Positions 26,056 through 38,846 of a DNA stretch of 64,000 nucleotides are shown piece after piece. Each line of letters starts with the position of its first letter. Position 1 is the first letter of the stretch. Under the pieces are notes generated by a model that worked only from the letters and a program-made list of their open reading frames with translations, did no database searches and was not told the DNA's origin. The stretch lies in the NCBI GenBank assembly GCA_002189035.1, contig NEEC01000008.1, positions 2,108,001 through 2,172,000 on the forward strand, given 5' to 3'. Source of the stretch: Utricularia gibba (Eukaryota > Plantae > Magnoliophyta). Position numbers and translations under genes: made by a program.

Positions 26056-27378
26056 AGTTCCTGCGTCAAAATGAATTCCTTAGACGGCAAAAATCCAGGC
26101 GGAGGAGGAGGAAGAGGTCTTCGGTGGAGAGCTTTGGAGTTCGCTACGGTGTGGTGGGGTGAGTGTGACAACGCCCAAACAACATGACCCTGACCCATGA
26201 GTAAAAGAACACGTGATGGGCCGATGGCTGCAGTTTCACTGTAGCAGAAGGTTCTGGACTGGGCCTTCAGTCCAGGCCCACATTCTAGCCCATCAATTAA
26301 AAGGTCCATTAATGTCTCATTTATTTTTCTGTTGACCATCCGAATCAATGGGTCGGGCCTTAACCTGAAAATTGGGGTTAAAATCGTAATTAAACCTCAT
26401 TCATTTCGAATTTATGATTTTTTAATTAATTCAATATTTTTCTATACAAAATTAAAAATTAAAAAATATATTAATAGATTGAATGATATTCAATTCACTA
26501 TAAAAAAATAAATTGTATTTAAAAAATATGATTAATCAATTTATTTATAAAAGTGATCCATTTCCCTTTTTTTCAGAAATGATTGCTTTTGTAATTTACC
26601 CTCCATTTTCAGGGTAAGAAGCTTCGAAAACTGAATTGCTTTGGGTGCTACAGAGCATCCATTCTGTGTTGATTGATTGAGCTTGGTGGTGTCCCTTTTC
26701 TGTGTCTCAAATAAGAACGAATAAAAATTACAACTTGTGTGTTTTGTGCTGTGCTATTGGCTGACATGTTTGGTGGCCTCGATTGCTTTGGAGTCTTTGG
26801 ATTCTTCGCTAACTTCAAGTGGGAGCTGGTGGACGGTTAGATTGGCGTCTGGGGCACCAGGGTAGCGTGTGAACCACACGAAATCACCATTAAATCTTAA
26901 TTATTTGAATAGTCCTTGCTGACTACAGAAGTATTTTTCTAGTGAAATTCTGCATCACGGCGACCCTCATTCAGCAAATCTTCTATTTGAATATTCTCCA
27001 GTTGGGTTGATTGAGGTATTGGATTCTGCTCAGCAGGCCGGAGCTTTCGTTGATTTTATGTGAGTTGTTGACAGTGTTTTGTCCTTGTTTTTATGTCGTA
27101 GCTCGTAATATTCCCTTTTGGCCTTCATCGATGATTAAATGGTTTTGGTTTTTTATTCAGCTCTGGTTGCGGGTGAAGTGCTTCATAGGAGAACTTATTA
27201 TCGGTTTTACTAAGAATGTTGCATAAAAGACCGGATCTTGTGGTGGTTTAGGGTTTTAGGGTTGTCCCCTGATGAAATCAACTTTTGGCTTTCGGATTGA
27301 GAAATTTTGTGGGTTATCTGAAATGCATGACTGAGCTGTTAGTTTTTATCGTTCCAAGCTTGCTGCAGCGAAGGACTA

Positions 27379-28614
27379 ATGGATGTTAATCTGTCATCGA
27401 TGAGTGGTATGCAAAGTAATAGTGCATCATGTGGTAGAGTTTTTGACTTGCAGGGAGCAATGAGACCTCGCCATCATAATCTGCAGCAGGAAATGTTTCC
27501 TGGATTGGGGTCACAATTAGGCTTTACAAATAATGTTCATGAGAATATTGGGAGCTCTGTAAATCGTGAACAGATGGTTTCAGCAGCAGATGCGGGGAAA
27601 CCTATGAGTGATGATGGTGAACACAGTTTCATGGAAGAAGTCTCGGAGGGCCAAAATGATGCTAATGAATGTAAGAAGGGTGGCTCACAATGGCATCGAG
27701 TGAAATGGTCTGACTCAATGGTGAAGCTATTGGTCACCGCTGTTTCCTACACAAATGAAGAGGCTGCTGCTGAGTGTGCTGGTGGACAGAGGAGAAAAAT
27801 GATTACATTACAGAAAAAGGGAAAGTGGAAGGCCATCTCAAAGGTGATGGCGGATAAAGGTTATTTTGTTTCACCTCAGCAGTGTGAGGATAAGTTCAAT
27901 GACCTCAACAAGAAGTACAAGAGGCTGAACGACTTACTAGGGAGGGGGACCTCTTGTGAAATTGTGGAGAACCCATCTCTGCTGGATATGGTGGATCATA
28001 TATCCGAGAAAGACAAGGAGGAAGTCAAGAGAATTCTGAGCTCAAAGCATTTGCATTACGAAGAAATGTGTTCTTACCATAATGGGAACCGCTTGCACCT
28101 GCCTCCTGACCCTGAGCTCAGGAATTCTCTAAGAGTAGCCCTAATGCTTAGAGATGACCATGATGATGAGGACAATGATATGAAATGCCATCTTAATGAT
28201 GAGAATGGAGAGGGTGATCACAGCTCTCCTTTAGGATCTGATAAAAGGGTAGATGATATGGTAGGCAGTTCAAATAAAAGGGCCAAGCATACTGTCAACT
28301 CTGAAAATTTTATTCACAAAGGTTTCGGTTGTTTCCATGCTAATGATCCAAAGCGGACAACATCTGGATTCACACAAGCTCCTCAAGAACAGTGGACAAG
28401 CCATACGAATCTTCAGTTGGAGGAACATAGGCTTCAAATACAAGAACAGATGGCGCAGCTAGAGAAAGAACGGCTCAAATGGCTGGAGTTTTGTATGAAA
28501 GAAGACGAGGAGTTTGAAGGGTTGAAAATTGAAATCCAGAGAATGAAGGTCGAAAATGAAAGAATGGCTCTGGAATTGAAACAAAAGGAAATGTTGGTCA
28601 ATGCAACTTATTAA
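27379..28614 (+). CDS. Trihelix/Myb-SANT-like transcription factor (HRA1-related clade), single coding exon
   Basis: WHRVKWSDSMVKLL, QKKGKWKAISKVM..VSPQQCEDKFNDLNKKYK, EEMCSYHNGN, and a C-terminal coiled coil. Confidence 0.9.
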   Translation: MDVNLSSMSGMQSNSASCGRVFDLQGAMRPRHHNLQQEMFPGLGSQLGFTNNVHENIGSSVNREQMVSAADAGKPMSDDGEHSFMEEVSEGQNDANECKKGGSQWHRVKWSDSMVKLLVTAVSYTNEEAAAECAGGQRRKMITLQKKGKWKAISKVMADKGYFVSPQQCEDKFNDLNKKYKRLNDLLGRGTSCEIVENPSLLDMVDHISEKDKEEVKRILSSKHLHYEEMCSYHNGNRLHLPPDPELRNSLRVALMLRDDHDDEDNDMKCHLNDENGEGDHSSPLGSDKRVDDMVGSSNKRAKHTVNSENFIHKGFGCFHANDPKRTTSGFTQAPQEQWTSHTNLQLEEHRLQIQEQMAQLEKERLKWLEFCMKEDEEFEGLKIEIQRMKVENERMALELKQKEMLVNATY

Positions 28615-31600
28615 GTTGCCAATGATCATATTAGGATGGCCAACTAGATATCTTTGCTGCTTGAAAGAAGGTAAGAATCCTTCCTCCATATCATTTGCTA
28701 CAGTCATTTGCTTTTGGCCACTGTCATGAATAATAAACCCAACTTGGACTAGAATTGAAGGACAAGGAATGGATTGGTATTGCAGCTCGGTCTCCTTTGG
28801 ACCCTTTGCTGAAATCTGGCTTTTGAAATCAGTTTGCTAACTTTCTGGGCTCTCTTGGGCCCATAAGGCTCTGGATTTTCTTCATAGCCTATATATGTAA
28901 CACAAGAAGGCATTGCTAGAAATATCTGGTAATAGGGAAAGAGGAAAAGCTATAAAGAAGTTCATGCTTTTCAAAAAACACTAAAATGGACATTGACCCT
29001 TTCGGCAGCTTTACTATGGCAGCATTGCCGGCCTGCTTTGAGGATCAGACCGCTCCCAAACGGGTTTGGTTAGGCTGTGAAAACTATGTTATAGAACACA
29101 GTGAGTTTGACTTCATTGAAGAGAAGTTTGAGAGTGTTTGGTAGACAGGAATGGCATAATTCATTTGCATTAATTATCTGGTGTTATAATGAGAATAATG
29201 TTGTCATCATACATAGCAGCAGCTGCATTCATCAATCATAGTCGCTATAAAAATTCAAAAGCACAAGTTGGAGGGAGTGGCATTAGTTTATGAAGCCTTA
29301 TCATGTGAGTTGGTCCATCTTCTCACAGGATCTTGTTTTGTCCTTTTCTTGGATTTATTATTTTCCCTCTGCCCTTGAGAAACATGAGTAGCATTTTGCT
29401 GTGAGTACATGAATAGCTCCTAAGAAATGCTGCATTGTGCAGTTGAAACCAGTAGCAGCTCTGTTGCTAATCGAATAGAAATTTAGAATCCTATGGATCT
29501 TATGAGAGCAATTGAAAATCATGATGCACTTTTCACATCTCTTGGTGGAGCATCCCATTTCCAGTTTCCACTAACAGATCTGAAAATGTGGTGACGTTGG
29601 AATGCAGCAGAGAAAGGCGAACAAAAGATGGTGGTTATACCATGAAGAGCAAGCCAATAAAGAACACTGATTCAGCTGCCAAAACAGAGCTTTCCAACCA
29701 AAAACTTGAGGGCCATTCACAGGGATACAAAGTATAACATGCATATAAGCAGAAGAAGATAAAAAATTGAGAGCTCAAGATATGTGGCTAGCTCTCTGTT
29801 CTGTAACTGCTCTGTCTACGCCATTGAAAGAAACAAAGATCTACTTAGCTCTTCTGTCGAGTGAAGTTCATCCCTTTGCAAAAACAACCGTAACACTTGC
29901 CGGCAGCGTACGGGTGTATGAATTGCTGCAGCTGTGTTGCCAGACCTCTGCTATCTAACATCTACTTTATTTTCTTGCACCAAACTGAAAAATGACACGA
30001 CACAGAAGACAGAAACGATGATAAAACCAAGAAAAGCTTCTCTTCAAGCACTGTTTTCCTGTGAAACAGATTCAACAAGTGCTAGTCTTTTCTGCTGCAT
30101 CTAGACTACATACACAGATAGAACTGAGGATTGAAGGAAAACAAAGACACAGTTAGCCTAGCTTGCGGGGGTGACTGAAGTGTTTGGATACCGAGGAGCA
30201 GGGCATCCCCCCATCCCAGCTTCTCTTCTCCGGGGCTGGAAGACTCCATTGATGATGAAGGTATTGACAGAGGCAGAGAGTTGAGCACGCCTTACCGTAA
30301 CTCAAGTACGGGTTGGGAGGTTCACATCCACTCCAAGGAAAGCCCGCATCCACCATATTAATAAATACATGCACAGACGTATGGTCTGCATCTAAATGAC
30401 TTTTGACTTCTAACAATCACGTGTCACTTTAAAAATCATATACCAGTACATCCTGCAGTGTGTGTTGTGTGAAAAAGGAAAAAATTACTATAACCCAAGA
30501 GACAAGAGAGGGGTGAACTTGTAGAAGCAGTACAGATAACACTGCTGTAAAATTTATAAGAGAAAAGCAGAGAGGGAGACAATTTCTTGGTCTAGGATAC
30601 ATCAGATAACAGCTGACTGGCCACTTCCCATTAAAAATGTGATACTAAAAGCTGCCTTCCTGGTGCTTGCATTAAATTTATGGCTAGAGCTCAGCTGGTA
30701 ACCAGAAAACAGGTCAAGTTATTTTACTTTTAACTGGGAGCCTTCAACTTTATCTACCTCAAGATCCAAAGCAAAGTTGGATGCCACCTGTTTCCCACCT
30801 ACTGAAACTAATCTCATACAATTACTTCCTCTGTCAGAACATGATGGCATGTATTATTGAGTACTGAGTTTGGGGGCTGGGTAGATTAGGTAAGTAGGAT
30901 TACCAAACTTTAGTACACTGCCCTAGCCTCTCCATGTCCATGAAGCACAGAATTATGTGCCAAACCCTGTAGGCTCTCATCTATGCTACACTAGATTAAG
31001 CTCATTCTTATCTATCTATCTATATCTCCTTTACAACAAAAAGTTGACAATGATTAAAAAATATAATTCAGAGTTAGTTTCATCGCAGCTTTAGGCAACA
31101 ACTTTGTGGGTAGGTCTAATAGGAAAAGACAACTCACGATTCTGTGGAGAGAGAATTCGTAACACTTGAAGCACAAGAAAATTTTGTTGAATTTAAATGA
31201 CTTGGTGTTCTTGGTTTGTTTTATGTAGTTGAATTCATGTTCTCCTCAAACAAATCTCGTATTTCAACCCCCACAGCCCAAAGTTCCTGGTCAAAAAGAA
31301 AGATATATCTGTTTTTGAGAGGATTTACACTACTCCTAAACGAGAAGAAGAGGAGAGCAGGCATGACCTGCTCTGTGTCAAGACTTTGCTGCTGATTCTC
31401 TGACACCTCCTGCTTCTTTTCATTTCAACGATCCTCGTTGCCTGTGCTTCCTTTGAATAGTGGGGCAGAAGGGTGACGGATGATTCACAGATTGGGATCC
31501 CATCTTTTGAAATTGTCGTGCTGGGTCCTTCCCTTTCAGCAACATCAACCAAAGGACAACAACAACGTGGGAATGATGAAGTGCACCTAAATGCAATTAC

Positions 31601-32337
31601 ACAGTATATCATTCATTCGTGTTCCAACAATAAAGCATCCACATGGAAGGAACTTTTAACTGCCACTTCTAGATGCTTTTAGAATGAAAAAAGAAGGAAG
31701 TAAACCCAGCAAACAGAGATGATCATGGTAAATAACTCAAGCAGTTCCTAATTGATGTTACCCTTCCTATCCAGCAAGTTCTCTGAAATACGGCAATCAA
31801 TGCGTGGATTCCGATGGTGATCCGACCGGCCGGTTCCATGTGGTTTCCCGTTGGCTTCGGGTGTGCCACGTGAGATGCTTGTGGATGGTTAACCAGACAA
31901 ACGCCATGATTGTAGAGCATAATGAATGATGGGTAGTTGCGGGCTTGTGGTGGGAGCCGACTTCCAGCCACTAGACTTCGTCTGTGGCTGAGGGACGAAG
32001 GATGTTTCAACAACAAGACTGGTCCATGGTGACAACCGGAAGGAGCCCCATGGAATGCTCCAGGACAAATCATTTCGGAAAGTTATGGTGGTTGTGCTTG
32101 AAACAAACTTTATGACGACAGATACAGGAGAATCACTCCCCTTCACACAAACATAAGCACAACCACAAGCTCCGGCGGGATTAGGGGTGAGAATCTGGTA
32201 TGGAAACCGACAAGCCCATGAGCAGAAAAGCATGCCTTTGCTAATAACTAACTCTTATCAGTTCTGCCATTGAAAGAAAAAAACTTTTATCAGTTCAGTT
32301 GAAAATCCACCAGTCATGCATCCTGACCTCATTCCCT

Positions 32338-34946
32338 CTAGCGGGGAATGTCAGAGGGGAAATCGTGTGGATGTGCGTTGATAGTTTCCCTGAGAGACTT
32401 CTCTTGTTGTTGGAGATTCAGTGGGAGTTCATGGTACACGTCTGTGAACAGCTCTCTAAGATTAGGCTTCTCGGCTCTCTCGGCTCCCTGGATCGCCTTC
32501 AGTACCTAAACAAACACAATATTACTCAGATGTTTCGGTGATCTGCTGTTCTAACCTCACAAACCAACACTAGACGACTGTGCAGCAAGCAAACCTGCTC
32601 CCTAACACTTGCACGAATCTCCAGCTCGGCTGCATCCGTCCACCAACCATTGTTCTCAATCCACTTCCTGAATCTAGATAATGGGCTTCTTGTGTTCCCC
32701 AGTGCTCGATTTCATCGACAGGACGATACTTGGTTGAATCATCCGACGTCGAATGGTGGCCTACTCGATATGTCAAAGCCTGAAACAAGAACATGAGTCA
32801 GTCCTTGAGAGATATGCCTCGTTTCTCATCATTTGAGGTTTCACCTCTAGGAGAACTGGCTTCTGTTCTTTTATGATCATTTCACGCGCTGCACGAACAG
32901 CGCTATAAACAGCAAGAACGTCGTTGCCGTCTACCCGAATACTGCGCATTCCATACGCTTGTCCCTTTACGACAACTCCGTCGCCTGAAAACAGACAAGG
33001 GATGTGAGTTTCCACGGTGTATCCATTTTCTTTCTAGTGGAACAGTGTCAGAGAAGGGGAAATGCACTTCGAAACTGTTGTGTCACTGGAGTACTTATAG
33101 CCCACCCATTGTTGCGGCATATGAACAATACAGGAGCCTCCATGACTGCTGCGAAATTCATCCCAGCATGGAAGTCCCCCTGCTCGTTCCAAACACACAA
33201 GAACGTGTATGCATCAAGATATGATTTCATACTTCTTTAAGCGGACAAAAAACAAAGTAGCCGTACCTCACTCGTCGCCCCATCTCCAGAAAAAGCAACT
33301 GCACAGGCCTTCTGATTGTCCATTTTAAGGGAATATGCAACTCCCACTGCTTGAGGGAGCTGAGTACTGTCACACAAGTATGTTTCAGTTTTTTTTTGTT
33401 TCTAGAAAAGAATGATTTTTGCAATCCAGATTCGTTCGAGAAGCTGATAAACTCACCCTATTGGTGATGAAACCGTGAGGAAATTCAGTTTCTTAGAACC
33501 ATAATGTATTGGCATTTGCCTCCCCTTGCCATAATCTTCTTTGGTTCCAAATAACTGGTTGGCAAATTCTTCAAGGGTGAAGCCACGCCATAAGAGAATC
33601 CCTTGCTCTCGATACTGTAAAAAAGTTGTGAACAGAAAAATGGAGACGATTTATAAAGCTCAATTGATGATAAAACTCCTTGCCTGAGGCAAAACAACAT
33701 CATTTGGCGAGAGAGCAGCAGCTGTTGCAATGTTGATGGCCTCTTCTCCCATTGATGTCAAGTAGAATGATATCCTTCCTTGGCGTTGTGCCTCGTAGAA
33801 AATTGTGTCCATTATTTGAAGTGTCACCATGCATTCATAAATCTTTACAGCCGTCTCCTTGTCCATCTGAAAATCCTGCGATATTCTCTTATTCCATCAG
33901 TTTAGCGGCAAGAAGAAGAAGAGGCCATTTTAGTGAAGATTGTAGCAAGAGAATATAAGAAAACAGAAAACCTTCTCAAATAAGTTGCCTTCTATCAGGT
34001 ATCCATGGTCATCCAAAACGCGATAACAAGGCACTCTCTTTTCAGGAGACTCAGAAAGAAACTTCATTCGTGGAGTGAAGGCTATCTTTCCTCCTGGAAA
34101 ATCCACCTCCTGCTCACAAATAGGATGCTAAGCAAAAAAACAAAACAAAACCAAATGCATGCATATCCTAAAGTTTGGGAAGCACAATCCCATCACCCAA
34201 ACCAGGAATCTAATCACCTGACAATGATTATTGTAATCAGGAGCAGTTTCCGGGCTGAGAGCAAGAGAAGGATTCCTCAATGCGCTGGTGGATTCAAACC
34301 GTGAAGGGAAAGGGGTGGAAAATGAACTGCGCAGAGATCCATTGCTATTACTTCCCAGGAATGGGAAGCGAATATGAAGGATCAGATCATGATAAAGCCC
34401 ACATTTGGATTGCCAGTGTTTCAGAGAATTTCGGAGCAGACTCATATCAAGATTCTGGAACTCTGCATGAAAAGGGTAGGCGGCGGATTTGAGAGACAAG
34501 ATGCGGAAGAGGAGAAGGTAGTTAGCTGGCTCTGAGATCATTCGGATATATGTCAAAGGTGGCAAAATGACGTGGCACACCCCCAGCTAAGATTGACTAC
34601 TCAGGATAAGGATCGCCATGTTTGAATTAACATTTTTTCTGAATATTTCCTAACATATACAGGATTCATAAAGGGGAAATGAAATTCGTCACATGCAACG
34701 CAAGTACTAAAAAAAGCAGAAGCAAAAGCTTACCCGGCTTCTTTCATCATCATCATCATCGCAAACTTCCTGCACGCTGGCTCGGGCGGACTCGAATCGG
34801 CGGAAAACGGCAAGAGGAGCTCCACTCAACACACTTGAATCACCATACACGGTATTTGGGCAAAGGAAGTGAGAATTTGCAGTAGCTCTCTGCGCGATCC
34901 TTAGGAAATGTACAAGTTTTCTTGTGCTGGAGAGACCCACACTCAT
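32338..34946 (-). CDS. BCKDHA: Branched-chain 2-oxoacid dehydrogenase E1 alpha, mitochondrial; two alternative first exons; 1-nt frameshift at 32697-32700
   Basis: [27 protein letters not shown], ThDP motif GDGATSEGDFH..CRNN, and [12 protein letters not shown]. Adding one G restores [17 protein letters not shown]. Ends [11 protein letters not shown]. Confidence 0.95.
34568..34577. promoter_or_regulatory. bZIP C/G-box TGACGTGGCA, about 120 nt upstream of the second BCKDH first exon
   Basis: Exact ACGT-core hybrid box in the intron between the two first exons, followed by an ATATAT element. Confidence 0.45.
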
Positions 34947-35522
34947 TGTGCTGGCAACGATGACTCCTAGTTTACTAGAAACTCCTGTCTCTATGCAAAA
35001 AAGTAAAAACTTACCATCAACTCCGCTGTTCTTCCAACCCAGAAACAAAAGATCATATTTTCCCTATGTATTAAACAATCAAGTGAGAAAACAGGTCAGC
35101 ATGGAAAGGAAGTATACTGGTAGTAGTGACTGTCTGCCGCTGATGGGGCTGCACAATTGGAGAAGACACTGATAGAGTGAAGGAGAACCTGAAAGCAATG
35201 AAAGTACAGAGTGCAGAATTGCAATAACTATAGAATAAAGTATTAGCCGAACAGTACAGTGTCATGTGGACACAAATGCAAGTCCAGATGAACCACATGA
35301 TATTGTGATTTTTTGAATTGAATAAAATATATTCATCGGCAGTGCAAAGGTTCAGCAGGACTCTCTCCCAACTACAAGATTAGGTAATTCTTGTCAGTTT
35401 CTGGACCACGTGCAAGAATCTTGGGATTCAGATTCCTAACCGCATCTCTGCCCAAGTCTGTAGAGTTTGTACAGTTTGAATCATGTCTACTCCTCATACA
35501 AACTTCCATGCTGCAACAAATT

Positions 35523-37576
35523 CTAACGCCAGCTTTTTCCAGGACTTTTATGGATTTTCAAATGTCTCATAATCTGTCTCACTGACGATGACTCCAACCA
35601 GTCGCCAGTAGATGCCAATGCGGCAGCTAACTGCACAAAAGCACCGGAGTTTTGAGGATCAAGCTCAATGATTTTGTTGACAACGAATATGGCAAGAGGC
35701 TTGTCTCCATGCTCCATGCAGCCTCGAAGTACTGCTGACCACATGTTTGCATCGGCTGGGAAAGGGATTTTGCTGATAAGATCAACTGCTTCTTGAAGCT
35801 GACCTGCTCTGGTGAGAAGATCAATCACACAAGAGTAATGTTCTACAGAAGGATTGAGATTATTGTGATGTTTCATAATCGAAAACCAGTGTCTCCCTTC
35901 TTCAACCAACCCACAGTGACTGCAGGCAGAAAGAACTGCTGTGAAAGTTATTTCAGTTGGAGTGACTGCCTTGAGCCTCATCAAATGGAAAAGAGCCAGT
36001 GCTTCCTCCCCATGTCCATTGATGGCGTAGCCCATCAGCATCGAATTCCATGATGCTGCATCTGCATCTATAAGTTGATTGAAGAGCTTTCGACCATGAT
36101 CAACTAAGCCACATTTGCAGTACAAGTCCATGAGTGATGTAGCAAGAACCTGATGATTATCCATGCCGATGACAGTTGCTCTCGCAAAAATCTGCTCGCC
36201 AAAATCAAGCAACGATATGCTGGAACATGCGCTAATGGCACTCGTTAGGCTGAACTCATCCATCCATATGTTGTTTTCGTTCATTGTGCAGAACAGATGC
36301 AACGCTTCCACGGGTATCCGTTCTGACTTAAACCGCATATCATTGAATTCCAAGAGATCAAACTTTTTGGCTGTGTATCACTGAAAATACGTTTTGCTTC
36401 ATTAATTCTACCGCAGTTAAGAAAAATGGTGATCATAGAGTTCAGTAGGATAGTATCGTAAGTATCAAGCTCACCAAACAATACGCAGGCATCTGAATGG
36501 CTGCCACACTTGTAATATGCATCAATAAAAGCACTGGCAACGACAAGGTCTGAGATGATACCGAGCTTCAGAGCTTGCGGATGGAGTCCAATACAAATAG
36601 CACGATTACAGAGCCAACAGCAAGCACTCAGAACAGTAGAAAACGTTGAACAGTCTCCTTTTACCCCTTCTTTGTGCATCCTATTATACATTCCTAGAGC
36701 CTCCACAGGTTCATTATTGGTAATGTAAGCAGAAATCATAGTATTCCATAGTACAACACAAGGATTATGCTTACGTTCAAACAATTGTCTGGCCTCATCC
36801 ATCCTGGATTCATTTGCAAGACTAGAAATCAGTGATGACAGAGAGTAATCATCGGGCATCTCCATGTTGATGAGAAGACGTTTTGCAACGTCCAAGTCAC
36901 CACATTTCCCATACATATCCAGAAGCGAGCTTGCTAAAACAGAGTCATATTCCACATTATCAAGTACAATTTGAGCATGAACCTGCTTCCCTAATTCAAC
37001 TCTTCTCATGGCTGAACAAAGCCCAACAGCCGTTGCCAAAATGAAAGGATCCCAGTCCATTAAACCCTTGCCTTGGCAACTCTTCCACTTCAAGAAATCC
37101 TTGAACAATAGCAAGGCCTCCCTTAAACTCCCATTCTTCGCATGCCCGTGAATCATCACATTCCACGCAATTTCTTTCTTCCATGGCATTTCATTGAACA
37201 ACTTCCGCGCTTCATTCCAAGCGCCTAAACTCATCAAACCCGAGACAACCGCATTCCAAGAAAACTCATCTTTTTCTGGGATGGTATAGAAAAAGTCCAA
37301 CAAATTACCCTTATTTCCTGTCTTAGCATAGCCTTCTAAAAGCGTATTCCAAGAAAAACAGCTTCTCTGAGGCATTTCATCGAACAGAAGCTGGGCATCC
37401 ACGAGTTTACCACACCTGACATACATTTGTAGCAAGCGGTTGGCTATGGAGATAATAGAAAACAAGGCGCCCCTTTTGAGGAAAAAAACATGGAGTTGTT
37501 TTCCTGAAAAAACTGAACTAGGGGTGCCAAAGAAATTCAGCAAACGGGCATAGGACTGCAGTTCCCTAAAATTCAT
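35523..37576 (-). CDS. PLS-class PPR protein with E domain (At1g77010-like); intronless, 1-nt frameshift at 36312-36314
   Basis: P/L/S repeats (LLQMYVRCG, SWNTLL, LLDMYGKCG), EHYSCVIDLLTRAG, E-domain end KSPGKSW. Adding one C gives QNGYPVEALHLF. Confidence 0.93.
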
Positions 37577-37656
37577 CAAAAGTTCAACAACTGTTCTCCC
37601 GCAAAATGACCGTTACCGTTGCCCATGAGATGCACAACAAAGGCTCCACGTACAAT

Positions 37657-37978
37657 CGCCCTTAACAGCCTAAAAACAGCGTCCTAAAATGATACAGATG
37701 GTAGCCGAGCAGGGGCTGGCCCGGCATGGCCCCGTGACCCGTTGTCCGGCCTGTTAGCCCACACCAGTAAAACTTCGCCTTTTCATAGTCCACCTCATTG
37801 AGTCTGCATCTTCCTCGCCCTTAAACAGCCTAAAAACGACGTCCTAAAATGATATAGATGGTAGCCGGGCAGAGACAGACCCCGCCCCTACTCCCGGCAT
37901 GGCCCCGTGACCCGTAGTCCACCCTCTTAGCCCACACTAGTAAAACTTCACCTTTTCATAGTCCACCTCATTGACTCT
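37657..37978. repeat. Imperfect tandem duplication of a ~160-bp unit in the PPR promoter
   Basis: Both copies (from 37657 and 37816) share GTCCTAAAATGAT.AGATGGTAGCCG, CCCGGCATGGCCCCGTGACCCGT and CCTTTTCATAGTCCACCTCATTGA. Confidence 0.95.
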
Positions 37979-38846
37979 TTTGCATCAGCACATGAAGCCC
38001 TGAAAACGAGGGGCGCTAGCTTTACAGCATTCACATAGCATGGTTTTTACTAGGGACGAAGCTCAGGTTTGGTTAAATTGGATCCTGATTTGTTCTTAAA
38101 AAGACATTTGATTCAAAACCTTCCTTTGTTCGGATCGTCCCCTCTCAAAGAATCCTCCCGGCTCCGCCATTGGTTTCAGCTGCCATCCATTCACATGGAA
38201 AATGGACACTCGTATCTCATTTGAAAGTTGCAGTTGCAGTCCCATCTGACCACTTGCACCACCAGTCCAATGCCAAGAAGCTAATGTTCCTACTTTCAAA
38301 CTTCTTTGCGGTGGGAATTTCAAGGTTTTGAAAGTAGGAACATCATTTTAATGGGAAGATGAAATCTGGTGTTAATAGGCAACTGACTCTTTCTCTTCTA
38401 CGCTCTTCCTGTCAAAGCAAATGTTGAATTGTCGTACCGGGTAATTAAGTGCACGTCTGGTTGTCTTCCGTACCAAAGTAGTCTTCATAAAATATTTTTA
38501 AATTTAAGTAAAAATTATCATAATAAAATTATTTATGGATTAATTTTTCAAAAATAAAACTTATGTTATTTTTATAATAAAAAATAATTATATTTGGTAA
38601 TAAAAATATTTTTATAATATTTTTTTAAAGATATGCAACGCATTTATATGTTTGTAATTGAAAATCTAGTTCATGTTTTCGCGGTTAACGTTTTGGTGAT
38701 CATAAATGGCATTGACAAGTGAGTGTGATGTTCAATTCAAAACCCTAGGCATGCACTTTCAAGGTAAATTTCCTGAGTCGTGGATTTCTTTTATGGGTCT
38801 TATAAAGGGGGCGCCATTGCCAGCATGCTTGCATGAATGAGGAAGA

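Noticed and set aside
30188-30250. Ubiquitin-like fragment EQGIPPSQLLFSG on the plus strand
   Set aside because: Short, gapped, and not extended on either side; compatible with chance.
38395-38425. miR156*-like GCTCTTCCTGTCA
   Set aside because: No complementary miR156 arm nearby, so no hairpin.
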